A DNA stretch of 35,701 nucleotides from an uncultured archaeon (GCA_964645535.1 CAZYCQ010000026.1:7114-42814), one strand, 5' to 3'; shown: positions 8,595 through 17,198, counted from the stretch's first letter. Notes: generated by a model not told the origin, from the sequence alone. Program-made: numbers and translations.

Positions 8595-9650
8595 TCAAGA
8601 CACTATCCGATTAAAATTTTCCTCTTCTAGACAATCACTAACTGTTCCAGAAACTAGATCATTTTTTTGGAAGGTTAACTCCAGTAGGAGACCTTTGTCT
8701 TGATCGTTCAGTGATCTAATTTGGATGGTTTGTGGAAATCGATTATGAAGTTTTGTCATTATATTCTTGGCTCCTTCAATAATGGAGATGATTGCCATCT
8801 CAGTGATGGGATCCCGCGGATCAACATCGGAGAATTTTAAAGAGGCGGTTTCTGTGTTGATTTCAAATTTCATCTTCGGAATTTCTGAGGGAACAAGACC
8901 ATCCAAGAATAAGGGATGGTATTGTCGAAGAAGTTCCAAGGTACAAAGAATGATAGGTTTCTCATCGGTAACCTCTGGAACAGCGAGAGTTGCTGAGAGA
9001 GGAGAGGTAAAGAAAGTTGCAACAAATTTCTCTCCATTCTTGATTATTGCAATTGTTGATTGAGGATTAAACTGCAAGCTCTTCTGGGTGAATTTCTCAA
9101 AAGAGGTAAGTAGAAGATTAATGTCAACTTCTACATTCTTTTTTGATAGGATTTTTGGCTTGGATAAGCTAAAAATTTCCTTTCTTTGCTTGTGGTCATA
9201 TATGGTAAGGTAATTGAATTTGATGTTTTCACTTATGGTTAATGCATTTTGAACAAGGAACTGTTCTGAAAGACCTGTATTGAGCAGGATTTCAAATTCT
9301 TCAACAGCCTTCCTTGTCATTGTATCCCCGATCTTTGCAAGGTCTTCCTGTTCATCAATTTTAAGAAATGATGACCGAATACTTTGCATCATCAATTTTG
9401 CAATGGTATCGTTAGTGGTTTTGTCAAAAATTCCAATTAGGTCAAGGTTCTTCAGCTTTTCAAAGAAGATGACTTCATTTTCCAATTCAAATTTTTTGAT
9501 TTGACTATTGCGTGCGTCCTCCGCAAAAGCAGAAATTGCAGACAGAAAACCACTTTCCAAAATTGCCTTCTCTGAATTGATTTCCCTCGTTTCTACATGA
9601 TAATGGAAAACAGGAAAACCATGGTCAAGGAGAAAGATTTCTTTAATTAT
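8595..9650 (-). CDS. Longin-like domain protein (possibly multi-longin); start codon unresolved
   Basis: The frame stays open for 30 codons upstream of the called TTG at 9560. It encodes IIKEIFLLDHGFPVFHYH...AILESGFLSAISAFAED, a complete longin-like N-terminus. The only nearby ATGs upstream of that segment (9664, 9676) are out of frame. Confidence 0.75.
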   Translation of the reverse strand: MIKEIFLLDHGFPVFHYHVETREINSEKAILESGFLSAISAFAEDARNSQIKKFELENEVIFFEKLKNLDLIGIFDKTTNDTIAKLMMQSIRSSFLKIDEQEDLAKIGDTMTRKAVEEFEILLNTGLSEQFLVQNALTISENIKFNYLTIYDHKQRKEIFSLSKPKILSKKNVEVDINLLLTSFEKFTQKSLQFNPQSTIAIIKNGEKFVATFFTSPLSATLAVPEVTDEKPIILCTLELLRQYHPLFLDGLVPSEIPKMKFEINTETASLKFSDVDPRDPITEMAIISIIEGAKNIMTKLHNRFPQTIQIRSLNDQDKGLLLELTFQKNDLVSGTVSDCLEEENFNRIVS

Positions 9651-9708
9651 TTTGGATCACTCATGGATATGTACATCTAAACAAAAATAAGCTTGTTTAT
9701 TTGGGAAA

Positions 9709-11052
9709 TCAAAGATTATGTGTTTTCAAGAATTCATCAATTATTTCTTCGAGATTGCCACCTTCTTTCTCTTTCAGGGCATAGGTGACTCTTGCAGCTG
9801 GTCTGTCAATATTGATGATTCTTGTGAGATCAATTGGAGTTCCAATGATTACTGCTTCTGCATCAGAATTCTTGATGGTCTCTTCAAGATCCCTCATCTG
9901 GTCTTTACCATATCCCATTGCAGGAAGAATTCCAGATCCCTTGAGATGTGGATATTTCTCATATGTCTCTGTGATTGATCGAACGGCAAACTGTTCAGGG
10001 TTCTTGATGATCTCGCATCCCAATCTCTGGGCAGCGATTGTTCCTGCACCGGTCGTGACCTCACCATGTGTGACTGTGGGACCATCCTCGATGACCAAGA
10101 CCTTCTTGCCTTTGACCAAGTCAGAATTGTCGACTGTAATTTCACTATCTGCCACTATGAGTTTGGCGTCAGGGTTCCATTTCCTGATGTTTGCCTTCAG
10201 TTGCTCAATGTTTTCAGGTGGTGCAGAGTCGGCCTTGTTGATGATGACCACATCACCCCTGATCAAGTTCACCTGTCCAGGATAGTATCGAAGTTCATGA
10301 CCAACTCGATACGGATCGGTAATCACGATTTCAAGATCAGGAACGTAGAATGGGAAATCATTGTTTCCACCGTCCCATAGGATGATTTCTACCTCCTTTT
10401 CTGCCGCCTCGAGAATATCCTTATAATCAACTCCTGCAAAGACGATGTTACCTGATTTGATGTGATGTTCATATTCTTCCATCTCTTCTATCGTACAATT
10501 CTGCTCAATCATGTCCTCAAAGGTCGCAAATCGTTGCACCCGCATTTTCACGAGATCTCCGTATGGCATTGGATGCCTGATTGCCGCCACTTTCTTTCCT
10601 CTGGCCTTAAGGATTTCAGATACTCTTCTGGTGGTTTGTGACTTTCCACATCCGGTCCTGACTGCGCAGATGGAAATGACAGGTTTGTTTGATTTGAGCA
10701 TGGTGGCTTTTGGTCCAATAAGCATGAAATCTGCACCGGCAGCATTTGCTCTTGCTGATTGAGTCATGACGTATTCATAACTCAGATCTGAATATGCAAG
10801 CACAACAAGATCAATGTCGAGCTCTTTGATCAACTTTTCAAGATCTTTGGCGGGATGGATGGGTATTCCTTCAGGATATTTGGGTCCAGCCAATTCAGCA
10901 GGATATTTCTTGTCATCAATTCCTGGGATCTGTTCAGCAGTAAAGGCCTTCACCTCATAGAGATCAGCATTGGGACCATCACGAAAAACAGTGTTGAAAT
11001 TGTGAAAATCCCTTCCAGCTGCACCCATTATGAGAACATTGATTTTCTTCAT
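9709..11052 (-). CDS. arcE: COG2403 P-loop protein (cDPG-synthetase-like 'predicted GTPase'); probable arginine synthetase ArcE
   Basis: IMGAAGRDFHNFN, AVRTGCGKSQT, RHPMPYGDL, TIEEMEEYE, WDGGNNDFPF, EDGPTVTHG, LPAMGY, GTPIDL. The family call is strong; the ArcE activity is transferred from my recollection of the Thermococcus enzyme. Confidence 0.8.
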   Translation of the reverse strand: MKKINVLIMGAAGRDFHNFNTVFRDGPNADLYEVKAFTAEQIPGIDDKKYPAELAGPKYPEGIPIHPAKDLEKLIKELDIDLVVLAYSDLSYEYVMTQSARANAAGADFMLIGPKATMLKSNKPVISICAVRTGCGKSQTTRRVSEILKARGKKVAAIRHPMPYGDLVKMRVQRFATFEDMIEQNCTIEEMEEYEHHIKSGNIVFAGVDYKDILEAAEKEVEIILWDGGNNDFPFYVPDLEIVITDPYRVGHELRYYPGQVNLIRGDVVIINKADSAPPENIEQLKANIRKWNPDAKLIVADSEITVDNSDLVKGKKVLVIEDGPTVTHGEVTTGAGTIAAQRLGCEIIKNPEQFAVRSITETYEKYPHLKGSGILPAMGYGKDQMRDLEETIKNSDAEAVIIGTPIDLTRIINIDRPAARVTYALKEKEGGNLEEIIDEFLKTHNL

Positions 11053-11305
11053 AGGTGAGAATATGGTCTTGTGTTTAAGAAATGATCTCTAGTTTTCGGG
11101 ATGAATGTATGCGGTAATGGAATCGTAATGGGAAGGGGGAGCAGTCCGATTTTCGTCCCCCGTGCGATTTTCGGTTCGATTTTAGGAGATAAATGTAATG
11201 CAATAGTACAATTTTTTGCCGAATTATTGAATTATTGGTGAATTTAATCAAAAATTCATGTCATTTTTGCATTCATTTATAAATGATCATGTCAAATAAT
11301 AGAGT

Positions 11306-11566
11306 ATGAGCGTAACTGCCACCCCGACCATCAAAAAGACCGATGCCATTGACTTTCCAGCCCTTTTCAAAATTTTCTGCGAAAGCAAATTTGGAAATTG
11401 GGACAAATATACCAATTCAAACACCTTCAGAAACATCATGGCCAAGAAGTTTGAATTTGGAAACCTCATTTTCCATGACCTTGTCAACTTCGTCTCCAAG
11501 GTCGAACAGGTCCCGATCAAGGATCTCCTTCATGAGTTCAGCGATTTCATTGCCAAATATTACTGA
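11306..11566 (+). CDS. Small hypothetical protein (86 aa)
   Basis: Protein-like composition, codon usage similar to htpG, and TTTATAAA at 11276-11283, 23-30 nt upstream of the ATG. Confidence 0.7.
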   Translation: MSVTATPTIKKTDAIDFPALFKIFCESKFGNWDKYTNSNTFRNIMAKKFEFGNLIFHDLVNFVSKVEQVPIKDLLHEFSDFIAKYY

Positions 11567-11612
11567 AAAATTCAGGAACATTTATTGAAAATCAAAAAAG
11601 TTGAACGGTATC

Positions 11613-11641
11613 AAAGTAAATATAAATCATTTTTTCGAAAA
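11613..11641 (+). promoter_or_regulatory. htpG promoter: BRE/TATA (AAAGTAAATATAAAT) followed by the palindrome TTTTCGAAAA
   Basis: TATAAA at 11621-11626, 24-29 nt before the ATG at 11650. A perfect 10-bp palindrome sits at 11632-11641. Confidence 0.5.
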
Positions 11642-11649
11642 TTAGACCG

Positions 11650-13578
11650 ATGACAGCACAAGTAGAGACCATCCCATTCAAAACTGATGTGAAACGCGTT
11701 TTGGATATCATTATCAGGTCCCTTTATCAGCATAAAGATGTATTCCTGAGGGAATTGATTTCAAACGCCTCCGATGCCCTCAGCAAAATGAAAATCAAGA
11801 CCTTGACAAATGAGGAGGCATATCAAAAGGACGCAGAATTGAAAATAGAACTCATTCCCGATTCCAAGAACAGAACCCTGACCATCAAGGATACCGGAGT
11901 TGGGATGACCAAGGAGGAATTGATTGAGAACCTTGGAACAATCGCCAAATCAGGAACTCTTGAATTTCTGGAAAAGATTGAAAACCTTGATGAGAAGGCG
12001 GAGCTTATCGGGCAGTTCGGTGTTGGCTTCTATTCCGCGTTCTTGGTTGCCGACAAGGTCACTGTTCGGACAAGATCATACATTCCCCAAGCAAAAGCCT
12101 GGGAATGGGTGTCAGATGGAATTGACAGTTTCTCAATGAATCGCATTGAAAAGGAGGATCGAGGAACAGAAGTCATTCTTCACCTCAATGAAGAAGATGA
12201 GGAATTCCTTAGACCCTATAAATTAAGAGAGCTGGTCAAGAAATATTCCGATTTTGTTTCATTCCCGATCTACCTGATTGAAGAAAAAGAAGAGGAGGAA
12301 GATGAAAAGGAAGGTGATGAGAAGGAAGAAAAGAAACCTGAAATTCTCAATTCAATGGAGGCAATCTGGAGAAAGGATCCAAAAGAGGTGACCGATGAAC
12401 AATATCTTGAATTTTATCGTCAAATTTCAGGAAAATGGGACGAACCCTTCCTCAAACTCCACTTGCGAACGGAGACCCCGCTTGAGTTTTTCTCAATCCT
12501 GTATATTCCCGCGACCAAGACATCAAGTGTATACATTCCTGATGCGGAATGGGGTCTAAGACTTTATAGTAAGAAGATCCTTATCCAAGAGCATAACAAG
12601 GATCTGTTGCCGGAATACCTTAGATTCGTTGTAGGTGTTGTTGACAGTGAAGACCTTCCGCTCAATGTATCAAGAGAAGTTGTCCAAAGTGGTCGGATCA
12701 TCCGGAACATAAAGAACTATCTTGAGAAAAAGCTTATCGAAGAGCTGGAAAAACTCGCAAAAGAAGACAAAGAAAAGTACTTGGTCTTCTACAGGGAGTA
12801 CAGCGCACTTCTGAAGGAGGGTATTGCCCAACAATCCAAATACAGGGATAAACTCATCAAGCTGTTGAGGTTCTATTCGACAGATGACAGTGTTGACGGA
12901 AGAACTTCAGCCGTCAGTCTGGACGATTATCTTGTCCGGATGAAGCCAAAGCAAGAAGAAATCTATTATTTATTGGGATCGGATATTGATGTCATGCGAA
13001 ACAGCCCTCATCTCGAATATTACAAGAAAAATGGTTACGAGGTTCTCCTTTTGCCTGAGCCCATTGATAATTTCCTCATGATGCATTTGAGGGAATATGA
13101 GGGAAAGAAATTCAAAAACATAGATCAAGAGGAAGAAACAAAAGAGGAAAGCAAGGAAGAAAAGGAGAAAGACGAAGAAACCAAGGATGAAGGCCCACAC
13201 AGTGAATTGATCAAGAAATTCAAGGATGTCTTGGGCGATAGGGTTCAGGATGTCAAAATTTCAGATAGATTGGTTACTTCAGCTGCAAGATTGGCAACTC
13301 CGAAAGGAGGCTTGGATTCTGGACTTCAAAGGGCATTGCATTTGATGCAGGGACCACAGTCTGGAAACAAGTATGCTACCGAACTTCTGAAAGGTCGTAT
13401 TTTGCAATTGAATCCAGAGAATGAAATCATCAAAAGGATTGAAGCCAATCTTGAGGATGAAATCGTCCCGTATCTGATCAAGCAAGTTTACCTCAATGCC
13501 GTAATGGCTGAGGGAGAATACCCCGAACTGAAGGAATTAATGGAAAACATAGAGGAAATCATGAAAAGATCATCTTAG
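11650..13578 (+). CDS. htpG: Molecular chaperone HtpG (Hsp90 family)
   Basis: LYQHKDVFLRELISNASDAL, DTGVGMT, NLGTIAKSGT, IGQFGVGFYSAF, GVVDSEDLPLNVSRE, LLRFYS, LQLNPEN. Confidence 0.97.
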   Translation: MTAQVETIPFKTDVKRVLDIIIRSLYQHKDVFLRELISNASDALSKMKIKTLTNEEAYQKDAELKIELIPDSKNRTLTIKDTGVGMTKEELIENLGTIAKSGTLEFLEKIENLDEKAELIGQFGVGFYSAFLVADKVTVRTRSYIPQAKAWEWVSDGIDSFSMNRIEKEDRGTEVILHLNEEDEEFLRPYKLRELVKKYSDFVSFPIYLIEEKEEEEDEKEGDEKEEKKPEILNSMEAIWRKDPKEVTDEQYLEFYRQISGKWDEPFLKLHLRTETPLEFFSILYIPATKTSSVYIPDAEWGLRLYSKKILIQEHNKDLLPEYLRFVVGVVDSEDLPLNVSREVVQSGRIIRNIKNYLEKKLIEELEKLAKEDKEKYLVFYREYSALLKEGIAQQSKYRDKLIKLLRFYSTDDSVDGRTSAVSLDDYLVRMKPKQEEIYYLLGSDIDVMRNSPHLEYYKKNGYEVLLLPEPIDNFLMMHLREYEGKKFKNIDQEEETKEESKEEKEKDEETKDEGPHSELIKKFKDVLGDRVQDVKISDRLVTSAARLATPKGGLDSGLQRALHLMQGPQSGNKYATELLKGRILQLNPENEIIKRIEANLEDEIVPYLIKQVYLNAVMAEGEYPELKELMENIEEIMKRSS

Positions 13579-14039
13579 AAAAGATTCTTCAATCGCTGGA
13601 ACAAACTTCGTTTACTCCTTACAAGCTTTTCCGTGAAGTTTCCCATTGCATTTTTCTGAACCTTTCCATCCAACCATTCAATAAATTCGCTTTCGTCATC
13701 AAGAGTTTCATGCCTTAGGGTCAATTCTCGATATCTGTTTTGTTTCAGTTTGTTTCGTATTTCATTGGCCAGTTGAACTGCATGTTCTTCATAACTGGTA
13801 TTTTCCACACCTACTACAACGATCTTGTTTTCGAAATGATGGAAAAGTAACTTCAGGGAATCGAATTCGACACTTACAAGATGTTCTTGGTCAAATTCAA
13901 TGGAAAATGATGAAATTGCGGCAAAGAAACCTGTCAACAAGGTATGTTCTGGATTGGTCTTGCAGGATTTCCCTGCATAGCAACGTGCAAGATATGGAAG
14001 ACCATTTCTGTCCATTATGAAGATATCACTGATAGCCAT
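13575..14039 (-). CDS. Longin-like domain protein with a C-terminal amphipathic helix
   Basis: ISDIFIMDRNGLPYLARCY...HTLLTGFFAAISSFSIEF...VEFDSLKLLF...IVVVGV; the C-terminus is KRSLFQRLKNLF. Confidence 0.8.
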   Translation of the reverse strand: MAISDIFIMDRNGLPYLARCYAGKSCKTNPEHTLLTGFFAAISSFSIEFDQEHLVSVEFDSLKLLFHHFENKIVVVGVENTSYEEHAVQLANEIRNKLKQNRYRELTLRHETLDDESEFIEWLDGKVQKNAMGNFTEKLVRSKRSLFQRLKNLF

Positions 14040-14138
14040 CCAATAAGGTATGGCTCAAGAGTATATTAATCCTTATTTCGAAAAAATAGAGGAAGAGCCT
14101 TCAATTTTCAATGTGTGCAAAGATAATGAATTTTTTGA

Positions 14139-17100
14139 GTGGTAATGGATGACCTTTTTAACCCTTATTTCCCCTTAAGGTTAGTGCCTGAGGAATATGC
14201 GTGGTTTAGTATTCAGACTGATTCAGGGATTACATTAGGCTCAATAGGACAACTTGCAGGTGAAGCGGATGCATCCCTTGTCGGTGGACTTCTGCTTTCA
14301 TTGAAAAGCCTCGTAAGTACAGAAGCTTCAAAAACGGAAACCCGATTCCTCGAAGGCGCTACTGAACACGCCGCATTTGGCGTTGCCAAAATTGACAATC
14401 CAGAAGTAACGATATTTTCCATCTTCATTCTTTCAAAGGATCGTGGTCATGTCAACAAACAGACGGTTGAACGAGCAGTTGAATTGACTTGGAGCTTTGG
14501 AAGGGAACTTTTGCATCTGAAAGAACTTCCTGCCTATTCGGAAAGTGGAAAGCAAATCCCCGAAGATGTCATGCTTAGAGCATTTCTCAAAGCAGCTGTC
14601 GTGGCGAGATTGAATCTGAAAATCACCAGAGTTGACAATAACCTCGTTCAAGAATTCAAAAATGAGGCAACAAACCTTCTCAAGGATAAGAAATTCATCA
14701 TAGACCAATATGATCGTTTCTTTTCCACAAAAGGATGGAAGATCAAAGCAGATTATTGGGAAGATGGCATGCTAAAAAGACACTTGAAAGAAGGCTTGAT
14801 CAATAGATTAACCCTCCGAATCCTCAACCAGACCCTTGGGAACAATCCAATGAACCTGCTATTTGCAGACCACAAGAAGGATCTGATCCGAACCTTGGAA
14901 GAAATCGTTAGATTGAAGATAGATGACCTTTTACCCTCCCCTTCGGATCTCATTATTGAGCAACTTCCAAAAGAAATCAAGAAGGGATATGGACAGTCCA
15001 TTGCCAAAGCCCAATTGAAAACCTTGCATAATGTAGAGGAGATTCTCTATAATCTATACGTTCGTAGGGCATTATTGAATGTCATGAAAGTTCACCCCTT
15101 GATACTTTTGGTAGATCTTTCAAAAAGCAAGATTTCGAAAAAATTCAATGAGGCACTGCCAGAAGTGAAAACCATCAATGTCGGAAGTTATTTCGAAAAA
15201 GCCCTACGTCCATTGGTTAATCCAAGAGAGCACCGTTTCATTACGAAGTTCTACAATCTTTTCATGGAGGAACTCAAAGGACTGGAGGCAAGCCAAACGA
15301 CCTATGACTTTTTTGTGACCTTTGCAACCGCATTTACAGATCTCAAATCTCTCCGAAAAGAAATTCTTGCATTGGATGATTATTCGATTGATGGACGCTG
15401 GAAGAAGGAACTGGACAAACGGGTCATCGAGCCAAAAGGACAGAGCATCAAGGTTCAGTCCTTGATTGAATCCCAGCGGTTATTGAATGCAGCAATCAAA
15501 TCAAGCCTTGAGACATTCAATTCAATGTTACATGATCAATTCATCAGAGCCTTTGATTCCTCCATTGGTTACCTGCTTGAAGCGATGATTGATCTCTACC
15601 TGCAAATTGGTCCCATTGTCAAGGTTTCTTCTGTAATTACAGACCTGATTACCGTTTTGCAGGAAAATCCATTGGGAATTGGCTTTTTTGTTCCCCTTCC
15701 CAAGGATTTTCTTTTGGTGGCAATGGAAAAGGGAGAGGTTGAAGTCTTTCATGATGAAAAACCGATAGTTCTGTCAAAAGATGGAACCATCCGACTAGAT
15801 GAGGAACAAATGAGTCCCAACAAGTTTTTTGGTTCCTACAGCTATAACGTATCTTATAATTCAAAGATCTATACCGATGTATGGCGTACAATAGAACCTG
15901 AAATGCTATTGGGGCTCCTTCAGTCTCCTGACATTTTGTACAAGGCAACATTGAATAGTGGAATCAGAAAGTTCAGGTTTTCTGTGATCAATGTGGTGGA
16001 AGAATGGATCAAAAATTTCAAATCAGAATTGGAAGTTGCAGACAAGCTTTTCGGCAAGAACAAAATTGAAGACAAAAGTCTTTTCAATCAGTTGCAGTTT
16101 GAATTTTTCAAGGATCAAACGGTATCTTTGGAAGGATTGCCATTCGTGATCCGAGAAATCCTAGAACATCTTCCAGAACGAATGGAAAAAATTGCGAGGG
16201 ATTTCCTGCTGGTTTGGAATTCGATTTCATTGGAAGTCAACAACTATAGTTCCAAAACCAGAAAAACTTGGTCTACCCTCAAAAAGAACACTCTTAAGGA
16301 ATTGAAAAATTTTGAAAAGTCATTGACCAAGGAGGCAAAATTAACCGAAAAGTTGATTTCAGATATTTTAAAGCCATTTCAGAAGATCATTCGCAACATT
16401 CCCAAAACTTCTGCTGAATCAATATTGAACTTCGAAGAGGGATCTATCGGCAGATTGCCGTCAAAGGACTTTGTCAGTGAGAAAATACAGAATCTTTTGC
16501 ATAAAACACACCAATTCTCTGAAGTTGAACTGGAAAATGTCAAATTAGGACTTTCGCTCTCCATTTTTGCAGAATCTCCCCAGATCTATCTTGAGGATGC
16601 ATATGATCAGATCATATCCAACAAAAAAAGCAAGATTGTTGAGAAAACACAGAAAGCTGCATCAAGCAAGAAAGAATTTGAAATGTTGCTGGGAGAAAAC
16701 GCAATCAGCATTCTTGAGGAATTCTATAAACGGATAGCAACCATTGTCAAATCTGTTGAAGAACTCTACATTGACAATGATGCGCCGGTATTTGTGGAAA
16801 CCCGAGCAATATTTTTACAGCTTGGTGAGGTAAGAGTTGAGGATATTGAAAATTCAGATCTTTTGAATTCTGCGTTGAATTTTCCTGACATCCATCTTGA
16901 ACGGCAAACCACAAAATGGGTAATTAAGTACCAGCTTCCATTCTTTGCTGGAGAAGACATGGAAATACCGGATTTGATCACTCTTTCAGATGCCTTGAGG
17001 TTCATCACATTGATGAAATTCAAGGAGACTACAGATAGGGTCAATGAAGGAATCAGTAAGGTGCTAAGCCTTATCAGCCAGAACTCAGCAGAAACCTACG

Positions 17101-17144
17101 ATTCTGTTATGCAAAAACTATATGAGGTTATTCTTTATTCATGA
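14139..17144 (+). CDS. Large hypothetical protein (1001 aa): longin-like N-terminus and long alpha-helical body
   Basis: Long uninterrupted ORF. WFSIQTDSGITLG...DASLVGGLLLSLKSLVSTE matches the longin hairpin-plus-helix pattern. The start could be GTG 14139 or ATG 14145. Confidence 0.85.
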   Translation: MVMDDLFNPYFPLRLVPEEYAWFSIQTDSGITLGSIGQLAGEADASLVGGLLLSLKSLVSTEASKTETRFLEGATEHAAFGVAKIDNPEVTIFSIFILSKDRGHVNKQTVERAVELTWSFGRELLHLKELPAYSESGKQIPEDVMLRAFLKAAVVARLNLKITRVDNNLVQEFKNEATNLLKDKKFIIDQYDRFFSTKGWKIKADYWEDGMLKRHLKEGLINRLTLRILNQTLGNNPMNLLFADHKKDLIRTLEEIVRLKIDDLLPSPSDLIIEQLPKEIKKGYGQSIAKAQLKTLHNVEEILYNLYVRRALLNVMKVHPLILLVDLSKSKISKKFNEALPEVKTINVGSYFEKALRPLVNPREHRFITKFYNLFMEELKGLEASQTTYDFFVTFATAFTDLKSLRKEILALDDYSIDGRWKKELDKRVIEPKGQSIKVQSLIESQRLLNAAIKSSLETFNSMLHDQFIRAFDSSIGYLLEAMIDLYLQIGPIVKVSSVITDLITVLQENPLGIGFFVPLPKDFLLVAMEKGEVEVFHDEKPIVLSKDGTIRLDEEQMSPNKFFGSYSYNVSYNSKIYTDVWRTIEPEMLLGLLQSPDILYKATLNSGIRKFRFSVINVVEEWIKNFKSELEVADKLFGKNKIEDKSLFNQLQFEFFKDQTVSLEGLPFVIREILEHLPERMEKIARDFLLVWNSISLEVNNYSSKTRKTWSTLKKNTLKELKNFEKSLTKEAKLTEKLISDILKPFQKIIRNIPKTSAESILNFEEGSIGRLPSKDFVSEKIQNLLHKTHQFSEVELENVKLGLSLSIFAESPQIYLEDAYDQIISNKKSKIVEKTQKAASSKKEFEMLLGENAISILEEFYKRIATIVKSVEELYIDNDAPVFVETRAIFLQLGEVRVEDIENSDLLNSALNFPDIHLERQTTKWVIKYQLPFFAGEDMEIPDLITLSDALRFITLMKFKETTDRVNEGISKVLSLISQNSAETYDSVMQKLYEVILYS

Positions 17145-17198
17145 AAGAAGGTTAGGTCATAAATAAATAGTTATAATGATCGCCTCAAAACTAGATTT

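Noticed and set aside
11120-11200. tRNA or other known ncRNA in the GC-rich intergenic patch
   Set aside because: GGTTCGAT is T-loop-like, but no acceptor, D or anticodon stems can be formed. It is kept only as an unexplained structured element.
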